From NCBI GenBank assembly GCA_052426225.1, contig JBNJNM010000010.1:930001-994000 (forward strand): 64,000 bases of DNA. Direction: 5' to 3'. The first letter of the stretch is position 1. The number at the start of each line of letters is the position of its first letter. Positions 36,013-47,589 of the stretch are shown here, one piece after another. Origin of the DNA: Zancudomyces culisetae HAW-14-8. Its lineage: Eukaryota; Fungi; Kickxellomycota. Under the pieces are notes generated by a model. The model ran no database searches. It was not told where the DNA came from and saw only the letters and a list, made by a program, of their open reading frames with translations. A program made the translations under genes and the position numbers.

Positions 36013-36733
36013 TTTTGATTTATCTTGGCTGTTACTCTCAAAATTCAAGGTATAAAGATAAAAAATCTATTTCTTTTTCTAGAAAAGTGGTGTATGTTGT
36101 CCTTTTTATTTCACTTTAATAACAGAACAGAATCTCCAATGCCTTAGTTTGCGAATATTATAAACCCGACTATATTTATCTTGCTCTTTTCCTGTGAGAT
36201 AACGACAAATCTAATTACCAGCTCTTCACGGAAAAGTAAAACGAATACAAAATTGTGCTTTTATTATCGTTGATTCTACTTCATGCTAAAAAAAACAGAC
36301 CATACAATAGGAAAAAAATTTTTTCAATCTGCCTAGCATTTACCAAGAATATGATCTAACCAATCAGTTTCTGGAGTTTGTTATTTACACCATACCAGTG
36401 GTTTCGTTTTAAAGTTCAGTACTAACTAAAGCCATGCATTATCTTTTATGTATTTATTTCGTTTCCTTTTATGAAACTTAGGTACATTTTTTTATTTAAC
36501 CTAAAAGTAAAACGTCATCATACTTCATTACTTTGGATGCATGCATTATGCTAATACTATATAAATTTTCACTGAAAGTACACGATAAATATGAATATTG
36601 ATAATAAAGTATATCGAAGAAAAAGCCAACTATAATAAATCAAAAACCTTTTTTAAAAGGAAAAAAAAGAGAATAAAATTGTGGTAGGTTTACATTGCCT
36701 TCCTAGTTATGTCTTTCTTTTGCACCTCCAAGC

Positions 36734-39667
36734 TCAATGGTCTCGCCCGAACGCTTTTTTTTTTGCCCAAGAATAAAACCTACAAAAAATAGCATATACT
36801 AGTACTAATGCTAGTACTAATATCCACTCAGCAAAGACATAGCTCTGTTTGAATACCATATGATTAACGAATGGACTGTACACTGTCATCGCTACTGAGA
36901 ATGCACTGGAAATGTACGAATAAATGAATTTTCTGCTTTTTTTCAGGTTGGTGGCTGTAGACACTCCTTTCTGGATGGCTCTTGGTTTTTGTAATGAATA
37001 CGAAAGAACTATGATTAGAAGGGTTAAAATGATAAACCCCGTCCCACGAGCATCGAATATTGGCTGACACAATTCACTAAACTCGGTGTTACATTCCGCT
37101 TCAAAGCCCACTGATATGATCTTGAATGTATTAAAATCGACTGATAGTGATGTATAATAGCCTATAGATGTTATACCTCCAATAACCACACTGTTTACGA
37201 AGATGTCAACCAACGCGTCACGAGAGAATATCTTGATTTCTTCACGATGCTTGGGCTTTATTGATTCGACTTCTGAAATCTCTTCTGTTCCCAGAGCCAG
37301 CGTCAATGGTATTCCGGTAAATAAACACACCATAAGCTTTGCAACAGGCGATATTGGATATACTATTTCGTCACCCTGGTTTATAATCATTGAACCGACT
37401 AGCAGATATACTAGACCCGATATATTTGATATAACAAGCAGAATGATCGCCTTCTGAAAGCTGTGAAACAAGTCTCTTCCTATCTGGATGGCTTTTACAA
37501 TTGTTGAAAGTTTGCTATCTTCCAAAATTGCCTCTGAAAATTGCCTTGCAGCATCTGAAGCAGACAATCCCAGTGCAAACCCTAAATCTGCCAATTTAAG
37601 GACAGATAAATCGCCTAATTTACTACCAGTTACACCAACAACCTTGTTTCTTCTGTGTAACGCCACTAATAGTTTAAGTTTTGTGTCTAAAGTGCATCTG
37701 GCTAAAACTTTTGGTAAACATTTGATGCTATCTATTTCCTCGACGGTCATGGACTCAAACTCCGAGGCTGTCACTACTGAATTATTGTCGAGGTGGGATC
37801 CGTTACTGGTAGACGGATCGTACTTTTTCTGTGTAGGTAGCAAACCAGAGTTTTTCGCAAAGTATGAAGCAGTTGATGGGTAGTCCTCTGTAAACATATG
37901 TACATCTATTCCTGATTTTTCTAAATATTCTATGTTTTTTTGAATCCCTGCCTGTGCAAAAGCTTGCAGGCCTATCGCTCCCACGTAGATCATTCTATTC
38001 TCCACAAATCTCCTGTCCCATGTCTCTGGACTTCCCTGCAATTCATCTTTTTCTAATTTTCTGTAGGCTAATGACAAGATCTCTAACCCGTTACTTGCCA
38101 TTGTGTGAACCTGATCCATAACTACATCATGAAGATCACTCCGCGATTTCTCAATAACCTCACCATTTGATAAAATATGTGTACAATGCTCAATAACCCT
38201 CTCTGATACACCTCGCATTAAAACAAATCGACCTCCCTCTTTATTACTTGCTACAACCGTCATAGTTTCCAATGATTGATCAAAAGAAAACTCACACAGT
38301 TGCTTCCAACCGTACTTTTTAATCAGGTTGGCTCTGTCATACTTTACTTTGCTTGAAAAAAGCTGAAGTGCTATATCCACTGGATCACCAATACCATAGC
38401 ACTCCCCACTTTTCTCATTTACTCGGATTTCAGACATGTTACATAGAGAACAAATCAACGTTAGATTATAAAACGACAGCGTCATGTTTCTTCTAGTTAC
38501 GACTGTTTTTACTTTTTTCACTTCTCCATTAGTATGAAGCTCAGATATATTCGTTATTTCTCCTATCGGCTGGGTTCCAAGTCCTGATACATGATAGTAT
38601 CCTTCGTTTGGTATCCAAATTTTAACCAACGCCCGTTGCGAGAGGGTAAGCACACCTGTTTTATCTAGACACAAGTCGGTTAGGGATCCTAGAAGTTCTA
38701 TGATTTTCATTTTCTTTGCTATTATTTTGTGTTGAGATAGCTGCTTGGCGCCATACTTTGAGATCCGTGTAGCTATAAGCTCTAAGCCCTTTGGAAGTAC
38801 GGCTATTCCAAGCGCTATTCCATACATCAACGTAGCACTATTCATTGAAAGTTTATCTATCCATATAATAGGTATCATTAGCGCAGCAACAAGAACCAAA
38901 AGTACTTGCGCCAAAGCACTTAACTCTTTTTCGTAGCTAGTGCTACTTCCTTTTAATGCTTTTTTTGGTTTTCTTAGTTTCTCTGCAATTTCGGTTTTTG
39001 ATCCTGTTGCAACCACAATCCCTTTTCCTCTTCCCCCCTTAACAATTGTGTGTGCATAGCCCATGTTGACTCTGTATTCTAGTGGTAATTTATTTTGAGA
39101 TACCATTTTACCATTTTTGAGAGCAGGGCGCGATGCACCTGTCAAGCACCCTTCTTCCACTAAAAAATTGAATGTGTCAAATAACCTGCAATCAGCTCCT
39201 ATTAAATCTCCCTCTTCAAAATATAGGATGTCTCCAGGAACTATATTTACGTTTATGATCGTAGTCAGAACGCCATTCCTTAGCACTTTAGATGTATTTG
39301 ATGTTTGGCTTTCTATATTATTTATGTACTTCTCGGACTTTACTGTGTACGCAAACTCCAGCATGATTATGAGGACCATCATTCCCAGTATTGTGGAGCC
39401 TTCGCCATATTTTCCAAGCAAAAAACTGATAGACGCCAAAAAAAACAAGACAATGTTCACCACACTCACAAATTGACCAAAAAGCAGCCATAGTACATTT
39501 ATATGTGGTTTAACCACAATGCCATTGGGACCATACTGTTTTAGTTTTTCAGACACATCCTCACTTCCAAGTCCATTTTTTTTACTTGTCTTTAGCCGCC
39601 GTTCAGTTTCTGTAGAGGATAGTCTGTAGTACTCAGTATTATCAAGTTCTTCCATTTTCAAGTACAT
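36734..39667 (-). CDS. P-type ATPase, ENA/type IID-like, with degenerate catalytic motifs
   Basis: 977-aa intact ORF with multi-TM layout; IVPGD, DKTGVLT, GDPVDIALQLF, EFSFDQSLETM, LPKVLARC. Confidence 0.88.
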   Translation of the reverse strand: MYLKMEELDNTEYYRLSSTETERRLKTSKKNGLGSEDVSEKLKQYGPNGIVVKPHINVLWLLFGQFVSVVNIVLFFLASISFLLGKYGEGSTILGMMVLIIMLEFAYTVKSEKYINNIESQTSNTSKVLRNGVLTTIINVNIVPGDILYFEEGDLIGADCRLFDTFNFLVEEGCLTGASRPALKNGKMVSQNKLPLEYRVNMGYAHTIVKGGRGKGIVVATGSKTEIAEKLRKPKKALKGSSTSYEKELSALAQVLLVLVAALMIPIIWIDKLSMNSATLMYGIALGIAVLPKGLELIATRISKYGAKQLSQHKIIAKKMKIIELLGSLTDLCLDKTGVLTLSQRALVKIWIPNEGYYHVSGLGTQPIGEITNISELHTNGEVKKVKTVVTRRNMTLSFYNLTLICSLCNMSEIRVNEKSGECYGIGDPVDIALQLFSSKVKYDRANLIKKYGWKQLCEFSFDQSLETMTVVASNKEGGRFVLMRGVSERVIEHCTHILSNGEVIEKSRSDLHDVVMDQVHTMASNGLEILSLAYRKLEKDELQGSPETWDRRFVENRMIYVGAIGLQAFAQAGIQKNIEYLEKSGIDVHMFTEDYPSTASYFAKNSGLLPTQKKYDPSTSNGSHLDNNSVVTASEFESMTVEEIDSIKCLPKVLARCTLDTKLKLLVALHRRNKVVGVTGSKLGDLSVLKLADLGFALGLSASDAARQFSEAILEDSKLSTIVKAIQIGRDLFHSFQKAIILLVISNISGLVYLLVGSMIINQGDEIVYPISPVAKLMVCLFTGIPLTLALGTEEISEVESIKPKHREEIKIFSRDALVDIFVNSVVIGGITSIGYYTSLSVDFNTFKIISVGFEAECNTEFSELCQPIFDARGTGFIILTLLIIVLSYSLQKPRAIQKGVSTATNLKKSRKFIYSYISSAFSVAMTVYSPFVNHMVFKQSYVFAEWILVLALVLVYAIFCRFYSWAKKKAFGRDH

Positions 39668-41244
39668 GTATATGTTTTGGTATATGTGCCTTTTTTTCTA
39701 GTTATTCAGTTGCAACCTCGCGTGCTGCTTTATATGCTTAGCTGATGCACTCTTTTTGTTATCTACTGATCTTTGTTATCTTAATATACATGTATATACG
39801 AATATTTGTATATATTAGTATCTAATAATGCGTATATGCACTTTGTTCGTACTATTTTGAAAGTTCTTAATATCCCCCTTCCTACATATATATTTTTTTA
39901 TAAACCAGGTTCTATATATGTTGTGGGACCTAGCCAAAGGGGTATCGTTGTATATGTTTGTGTAGCTTCACCGAGTTTACACTATGATGTCTATCGTACT
40001 GCGCTTTTAATTGCCGTTTATCGTATATTATTTTACGTTGATTAGAACTATTACTATACTTTCTCTCTTTACTACATATCCAAGTCAAAGAAATTCAAAA
40101 TAGTGATAATTATACTCATAGCACCGTCATTCAGCTCACCCTCTTTACCTAAGCAAGGACTATCAAATAATGCATGAATGGCAAGATAAGTTTTATTACC
40201 GACATTTTACTATTTTTTACCTGTTGCCATCTAGGCTAAAGATGAATAATAACTATGCACAGATATATAAAAACTCTTCTGGCTAACTCAACACAGTTCA
40301 GCACCTAATGTGAATTAAAGTGTGAATGTAAACGTTTAAGGGTATAAATCGCTGTTTATTTACTAACAACAATCACAATTGTAAAATTCACCTCCCTGAT
40401 TTTATTTCATAAAACTTTGTGGCGATCATTCAGGCGTATTATTCTATTACTATTGACATGAGAATAAACACTCAACGTTAAACAAACATAATAATGAAAT
40501 TCAATTATTTTTGTTTTTTGTGAATATCGTTTATTTGAACTATTTAGATTTTGTAAATGTAAAAACAAAGCTAAGGTGTGATATTATTGATTAGATTCCC
40601 AGAGCGCAAAAAACATTTCCTTAAGGAATTTATATAAACCTTTTCTGGTTTAACTTTTTTTTCCAGTAAAGATGTGATTAATACCTCTCCCATTTCACCA
40701 TTTCAGTAATTCATTTTAAAATCTATTCCGGAATGAATTTGTTCACATTTATCAAAGTTTCTGTGCCCTAAGTGGTTATAAACCAGATGGAAATACAATA
40801 TGTGAATGGTTTTAGCTGCAGAATAGACTTGTGCAAACCCATTTGTAACGCACAACTTAATGAGGAAACTGAATACATTTCCTTGGATTTATGTTTTTAA
40901 ATGGTGATTTTGTAAAATGAACGCCATATAAAGCCCGTGAAGAAAAAAAGAAAACCCCACGTTCTTAACTAGCGTAAATGTATCAGCTCTCTTTTATATA
41001 TTATTATTATAAATGTATACAAACTTAATAATTTAAAAGAGGATGAGATCTCCGTAAATTGTGTAAACTGAAAAAATTGTATTTTCTTTTTGCTTTATAC
41101 TCTGTTTAGTAATGAAGTGTCATGAGATGCTTTTAAAATGCTAATTTCTCTTTGTTATTAAACTGTTACAGCAAAACAAAATATTTACAGTTTAAATGCT
41201 TATAAAAACTATTTACGAAAAAAATAGAACATGGTAGGAAGAAT

Positions 41245-44200
41245 CTAGATAAAGTTTGCATTAGCATGGAGCTGGAGGTTGAGTATCTTTTCATTGGGTA
41301 TTTTTACCTGGGACACAAGAAACAGTCTTTCTGTATTGTACGGGAATACCATATTTGAAATATCTCTAGAGGATTCCTCTAAGCTGATTGGAACAGAATC
41401 TTTAAATACCGTTTTTTCTGTGTTAGCCTCATTATTATTCTCCAAACATCCTATTTTGGACCAAAAGCTCTCATACAAGTTAAAATCCTCCAGCACTCTT
41501 TCGTTGAAGTTTAAGATGTTATATATTTCCTCTTTTGTGAATTTTGAAGCAAGTTCAATCAAGTTTTCATAAACCTCGTTGTGGTTACGTGTATATTTGC
41601 TGTAAAGAATCATTAGTTCGCAACACTCCACCAACTTTACTAGAAAGCATATATTTTTTGTTATTTTGTTTTTGACGCACCAGTTATAAATAGATTTAAT
41701 GTTTCTAAGTAGCCGCGCCCCTATTGTAATTTTACATATCGTTAATCAAAATGTGATTTTAATACACAAGAAAGCCTTTTCATACGTATACCGTACCATA
41801 CCATACCATAATACATCATATAATATCATAATTTTATAGTGTGCGCCCATTTAAAACTCGTATTGGTGATATCTGCAATATATATTTAACATACTATATT
41901 TGAGATATAGAATAAAACAGAATGGGGGTGCTTACCTGTTTTTCTACAATCATAGTTTGTGAGCGAGCGTAGAAGATCAAATGTTGTATAATACAAATTG
42001 TTGATTAGAGAATACAGTACATATTTATAAATAAATTTGGGAATGTTGAATGTCTGGCAAAAGCAGACCATATCGTTTAAAATTGCAATTATCATGTCCA
42101 TTTTAACCTCTACTTCAGTAGTTTCCCCAAAGTCATAGGCATTATAAGATAGCATATTTTGTGCAAAGAAAGTATGGGTCTTTCCTATCATACACAGGGC
42201 TCCTTCCATAAAAAAGTACTTTGCTACTGTATAATACAGGCAATATATCGCCTTCTCAATTAACACCCTAAACATTTTGTCTGATCTTTCTCTAAAATCC
42301 CTATTGGCAGCTATACTATCGAGGATGTTTTCAGGAAGCTTTGGAATTGTTTCATAAATAAACTCGCCTTCTCTAAAAAAGTCAAACTCTGCAAATACCT
42401 GCTTTTTATAAGTGTTTGCTTCAGCCTTTTCAAGCAAGTTACCAGAGTTATCTGCATTCAACTGGAATTTCGCCAATATATACATCATGTTGTTATATTT
42501 TTTTACCAGCGAAAATAACTCAAAAAAGTTTGCTAGCATGTATGTTATATATTTTTGGTTGTATTCTTTAGCCCTGATGTAATCTTCCAGCACCAATAGA
42601 CAATTTTTCACGACTATCTTTTGAGCATTAACATTTGCAAATCTCTCCAAATAAAACACCACTAAGAATAATGCGTGCGCAGGAGCATATAGTACATCTA
42701 ACGGAAGGTTATCGAACTGATAGAGTTTCTGGTTATAAAATGAAAAGATGCTTTTTATGTTTTTGAAATTCATATCTTCGATTTCAATGTTTTCCTCCAA
42801 ATCCTATATTTATACACCGATTCTTAGTTATTGTATAGGTTTACATATACAGATACACAAACATAAAGTTAAAGTAGATTATGAAGAGTGTACAGTAGTC
42901 CGCAATACTTTTCGTTCTTACCTCATAAAAGCTAAAATCTACCAGAAGCATATCCCCTATAAAAACGCTCCCATAAGTGTCTTTTGCCAAAATGTTAAGC
43001 GTAGTTTTTGTTAAAATGACTTTTCTCATTATTCGTTGTTTGTATGCCTTGTTTAGTATAGTAAAATACTTTTTTGACGGAATTCTCTCTACATCCGCCT
43101 CATACTTCTGCCTCAAACTTTTTTTCAGGCTTTTTATTATCTCTTTTCTCCTGTGTCTTTTATAGTTATCAATCGTCACTCCAACACCCGGCACGTTTAA
43201 TATTGTTTTTATGTTAATTCCGCTATCTATTGCTCTTTCTTTTCGGGCTGTATCACTGGCTACTCCTTTATTCTTAGCTTCCAAACTATATGTTTTATTA
43301 GTAACTTTTGGTGGCTCTTTATAAAGAAAATTCAACCCCCCAGTCGAGCTCATAAAATCCAAATCAACCTTGTCACTATCCAAGTTCTCGAAATATTTGT
43401 CATATTTTTCACACACATCACTCTTGCAAATGTATACATCTTTGCTTATCTTTATCGAATAATCGCTAGCGTTTAACTCTACTCGTTCCTCGTCTTGAAT
43501 TAAGTTTGGTTCGACTTTTTTTTTTACTCTTGATACATTTTTGAATTTTCTACTTTTATCACTATTATTCAAACCAGATAAAGCAGTGGCACCCAAATTG
43601 CTTGTATCTGCACATAGATCAACAGAGTTGAAAAACTTAGTATCTAAATCTTTGTCGCCTATTCCAAGTTTGACATTTTTATTGCCCAATATTTCCTCAG
43701 TCTTGAAATACATAATCCTTGGCGGCTTAAGCTCCTCTTTTGCCCGTTTTTTTTTCTTTTTTCTTTTCTTTTCTACTTTAAAATTATCTAGTGGTTTGTG
43801 TGGCAAACCTAATGCTGTAGTATTCGTTTTAGACTTTTCACCCTTAAGAGTACCATCATGACCATCTTTTTTTTTCTTCGGTAAAGCGGCTTCGGTCGCG
43901 AATAAAATTCTATCGAAACTGGTCGAGTTCTTGTCTTCAAATAAAACGTTCTTGTTATTAACGAGTGACAAGTTGGGATAATAAATACCGTCTATGCTCT
44001 TGATATTACTACTGCTGATAAATTTTTTAGGCCTGAGGTCATTGCTGGTATTATCACCGGAATCAGGTTCAGCACGTTTATTCAATACCGCCGATACCAC
44101 ACCAATGTTTGACTCTCTCGCATCTTGATACGCGTTTTGTCCCGTGCTGATAATTTTTTGAGTTTCTGTAGGGTCATTATCATGAATAGTGTTATGGACT

Positions 44201-44658
44201 TTAAAATTTGCAAGATGTGGTCCATGCGCACTTTTTTCTTGGTTTTGTATATTTTTTTTTTCATTAGTATCAATTCTTGACTCTGTGTGCTGAGAGGATT
44301 CAACTCTCTTCGTATTACCAATATATTTGACATCACTGGGTTCGGTCTCCTGTTTACTCACACTGTCTTGAGCAGTTATGTATTCATTATTGCACGGTAC
44401 CTCTGTATCAGCTTTTACAAGCCCGTACAATAGATCCAAATACTCTCTGCTTTCCTTTTTTGCCCTAGGAGAATAAAAGTCAAAATACTTTCCTATACCT
44501 GTTATAGGTCCAAAATACCCGGTATTTTTGTCCTTTATGCCTCTCTCGTCCCTCTCGTCTTTTTCGCTTTTTTCGCTTCTTTCGCTTCTTTCTTCATTCT
44601 TATCTTTTTCAATTTTTTCATCTTTCTCGTCTTTTTCGTCCTTTTCATCCATAGACAT
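41245..44658 (-). CDS. DIL (dilute)-domain protein with long low-complexity N-terminus (3 exons: 44658-~42859, 42803-41936, 41720-41245)
   Basis: Splicing joins ...FDLLRSLTNYDCRKT|GARLLRNIKSIYNWC..., matching the myosin V DIL pattern; PAHALFL motif; GT-AG introns keep frame. Confidence 0.65.
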
Positions 44659-47589
44659 CGCTTATAACTGCTCACACGAGTTTTATCCTAAATTCATAAT
44701 ATCGGGTTGTTCCATTTATACCTCTAATGAGTAAATAGCTCTAAGATACTATATATTCTTGATACTTTATAATATTAATGTATTGTAATAACAGAATATA
44801 TAACCTAAAAGAATTCGCGCAATTTTACGTTAATACATTAAAAAATAAAAGTGTGCAAAACCCTGTCACACAAAATACTCAATATGTATGCTTTGAAGTT
44901 ATGCACAGGATATTCACAATATTTTACTCGATTGGATAAGCACCTGTAAATACTGCTTTTTCTTACTGTAGGAATAATCTCTAGATCATTAATGCAGTTA
45001 ATTCTAAAAGCACCACTCCCCATAGCAAACCGCATCATGAACCTTTGCATAATTTTAATAATGAAATTAAATAAAATGTAGAGGGACTAATAGCCTACAG
45101 TTGTTTGAAGTGATACGTCCTTTTCTGCAATGTTATTGGTGCTATATTTTAGCTCCTATTCCTAAGTTGATAGATACGATTTCCTGCCCCCCTCCCCAAT
45201 TCATTCCTCAAAACAGTATTTCTAGTGGGACGAAAGAGTTATTTGTTGTGTTTCGCTTTATTCAAAGACATGTTATTACCGTTACATTGAAAACGTAATA
45301 TATCAATGTTGAAACTAAAGTGGGTTGTAGGCAATTGAATTTCTGTACATTAGTTTGCATTTTATTTGATAATTACTCTTGTTTTTAATTAAGCATTCAC
45401 TAACAGCACATTTCTCTGAAAAAACTGGAAAATGGCCTGGAAAAAACCAATTAAACACATTCCTTCAGAGTGATAGGTGAGAATTATTCAACTCTCGATC
45501 ATCGTTATATATAGCATATCTTTTATTTAATGAGGTAGTCATATTTAAAAGCCCAAATATTAATCCTTAATGCGAAAAAAAGCTAAGAGTAAGATTAATT
45601 GTAAAGGTGTGACAATATACAAAAATTGGAACAAAGAGACCCCATGCTGTACCACCAGCTTTTTATCATAAACAGACGAGGTATATCTTGCAACTACCTT
45701 GGGAAATAGGGTGATGGTACAACTGCTTTAACTAGGTGGTTTTAGATTAACAACATGTTGAAAACATGCTCCTTCCATTTGCTCAACCGATTTGAATTTT
45801 CAAAAAAGAACTTTGTGCTCACTAAACAAAAAGATCAAAAATAACACAATAAACGAGTACAATTTTGGACTTTTATACAGGGAGAAAAAACACATCATCT
45901 TACAAATAACACCAAACCCTGAAACTATTCACAATCATGCGGTCTTTTTATGCTAAACACATATGCGTGTTACAATCTTTACTTGTTACAGTTAATTAAA
46001 AAGTTTGGATAACACAAACCCAACGTGCCTAGTTTGCTACACAATCACAAGGTAGGAGCAAAATAGAATGTGTTATTTTGGGAGGTTCAGTGCAAGAAAA
46101 AGAGGCTTGAATGTAAGCTTGTGAGGTGGTTTTTCACAAATTTAGTCCAGTTGATTCTCTGGGGGTATTTTTTTTTAATTTTATGGAAACTTTTGCCCAT
46201 AGCTAGATAAAATCGCAGCTTCGAAAAAAATACATGGCTGTACATCGAACCAAGCCAAATCCTCTAACCAAAAATGAGTTCTGTTCTCAATGAGGGGCCT
46301 GGTATTCTGTTATTTTTTTCAATAGTGTTTTGTTTTGTTTTTTTTTGCGTGATACCACATAACCTTTAAACAATGCATAAATGTCATGGGGGTTATCAAA
46401 CCAGTAAACCTTAAATGGTGATGCGAAGCATAATTCCGTTTCAAAGTTTAAAAATATGGGAGCAACAATTTTTGTATAAAGTTTAGAGGTGTACTTGTAG
46501 CTGTTAAAATACTACTGAGAGTATCGGTTATGCTCGATAAAAGGGCCATCTAAACGCGAAAAATAGTTCAGAGAGTAACATTAATGCTTTTGCAAATTAA
46601 TCGGGTGTAAAGGTTCGTCTAGGCTATTTCAAAGAACATGCATTTGTCCCCAATTTTATTTGTATGTGGCTGATCAAATTTTTCGTTGCTTTAGTGCTTG
46701 TGGACTGAAAAGTCCGTTATTAGTTATATTTTATAATTTAAGTTAATTTAATTAATCATATGATGAAGTCCTAGGTTTTTACTTTCCGTTAGGACTGGTT
46801 TTCCTACAGGCTTTAGTTACCATCAGTTTTCATATATAGAATGAGAGAGAACTTACGAGGAAGGGGGACCTTTTTCGTCGATTATTATTATTATTATATT
46901 ATTAGTACATTAAGATATTATTATGATTATTATTATTATTATAAGCAGTATTTAATAAAAGAGATATAAACACATTAACAGAGCCATAAGTAACAGTGCT
47001 ATGTATCTATTAAAAAAAATACATTGTGATAATGACTCAGTTTCCATCTCTTTTAGAAGAGATACAGCTCAAGTTTTTCACGTTTCACTAAATAGAATTA
47101 TCTTATTAGCAAATGATCATTCTTGGTGCTTGGCAAAATCTGTTCCGTTGGGAAATTACCAAGCAACTATATAAAAAGAAACTGAGAAAGAGACTGTGTT
47201 GGCATTCATATTTTGGTGGAGTGTGTGTGATTTAACCCTAAAAGCATGCCCAGTCAGATATAAAAAATATCCGGACACCGAAATAGGTTATAATATGTAG
47301 TCTTCATCAGCTATACCAAAAGTTTGAGAATAGACTAGATATATATAGTTCCATAATTAACGCGATTACAAAAAAAAATGTATATAAATAGGCTAGGTGA
47401 AAATGGTTTGGTCTCAGAACAATTAAATTGGGGTAAGAACCAAGAAACCAGATTGGATGCAAATTATTGCGGAATTTAAAAATGCTAAGAAAAATAAAGA
47501 GATTTATAAAAAACACAGAAGAAAAAAGTGTTTCTAAATTAAAGAATCATAATAAAGAAACCGCTACTTTTCCGAAAGAAAATAGTGGG

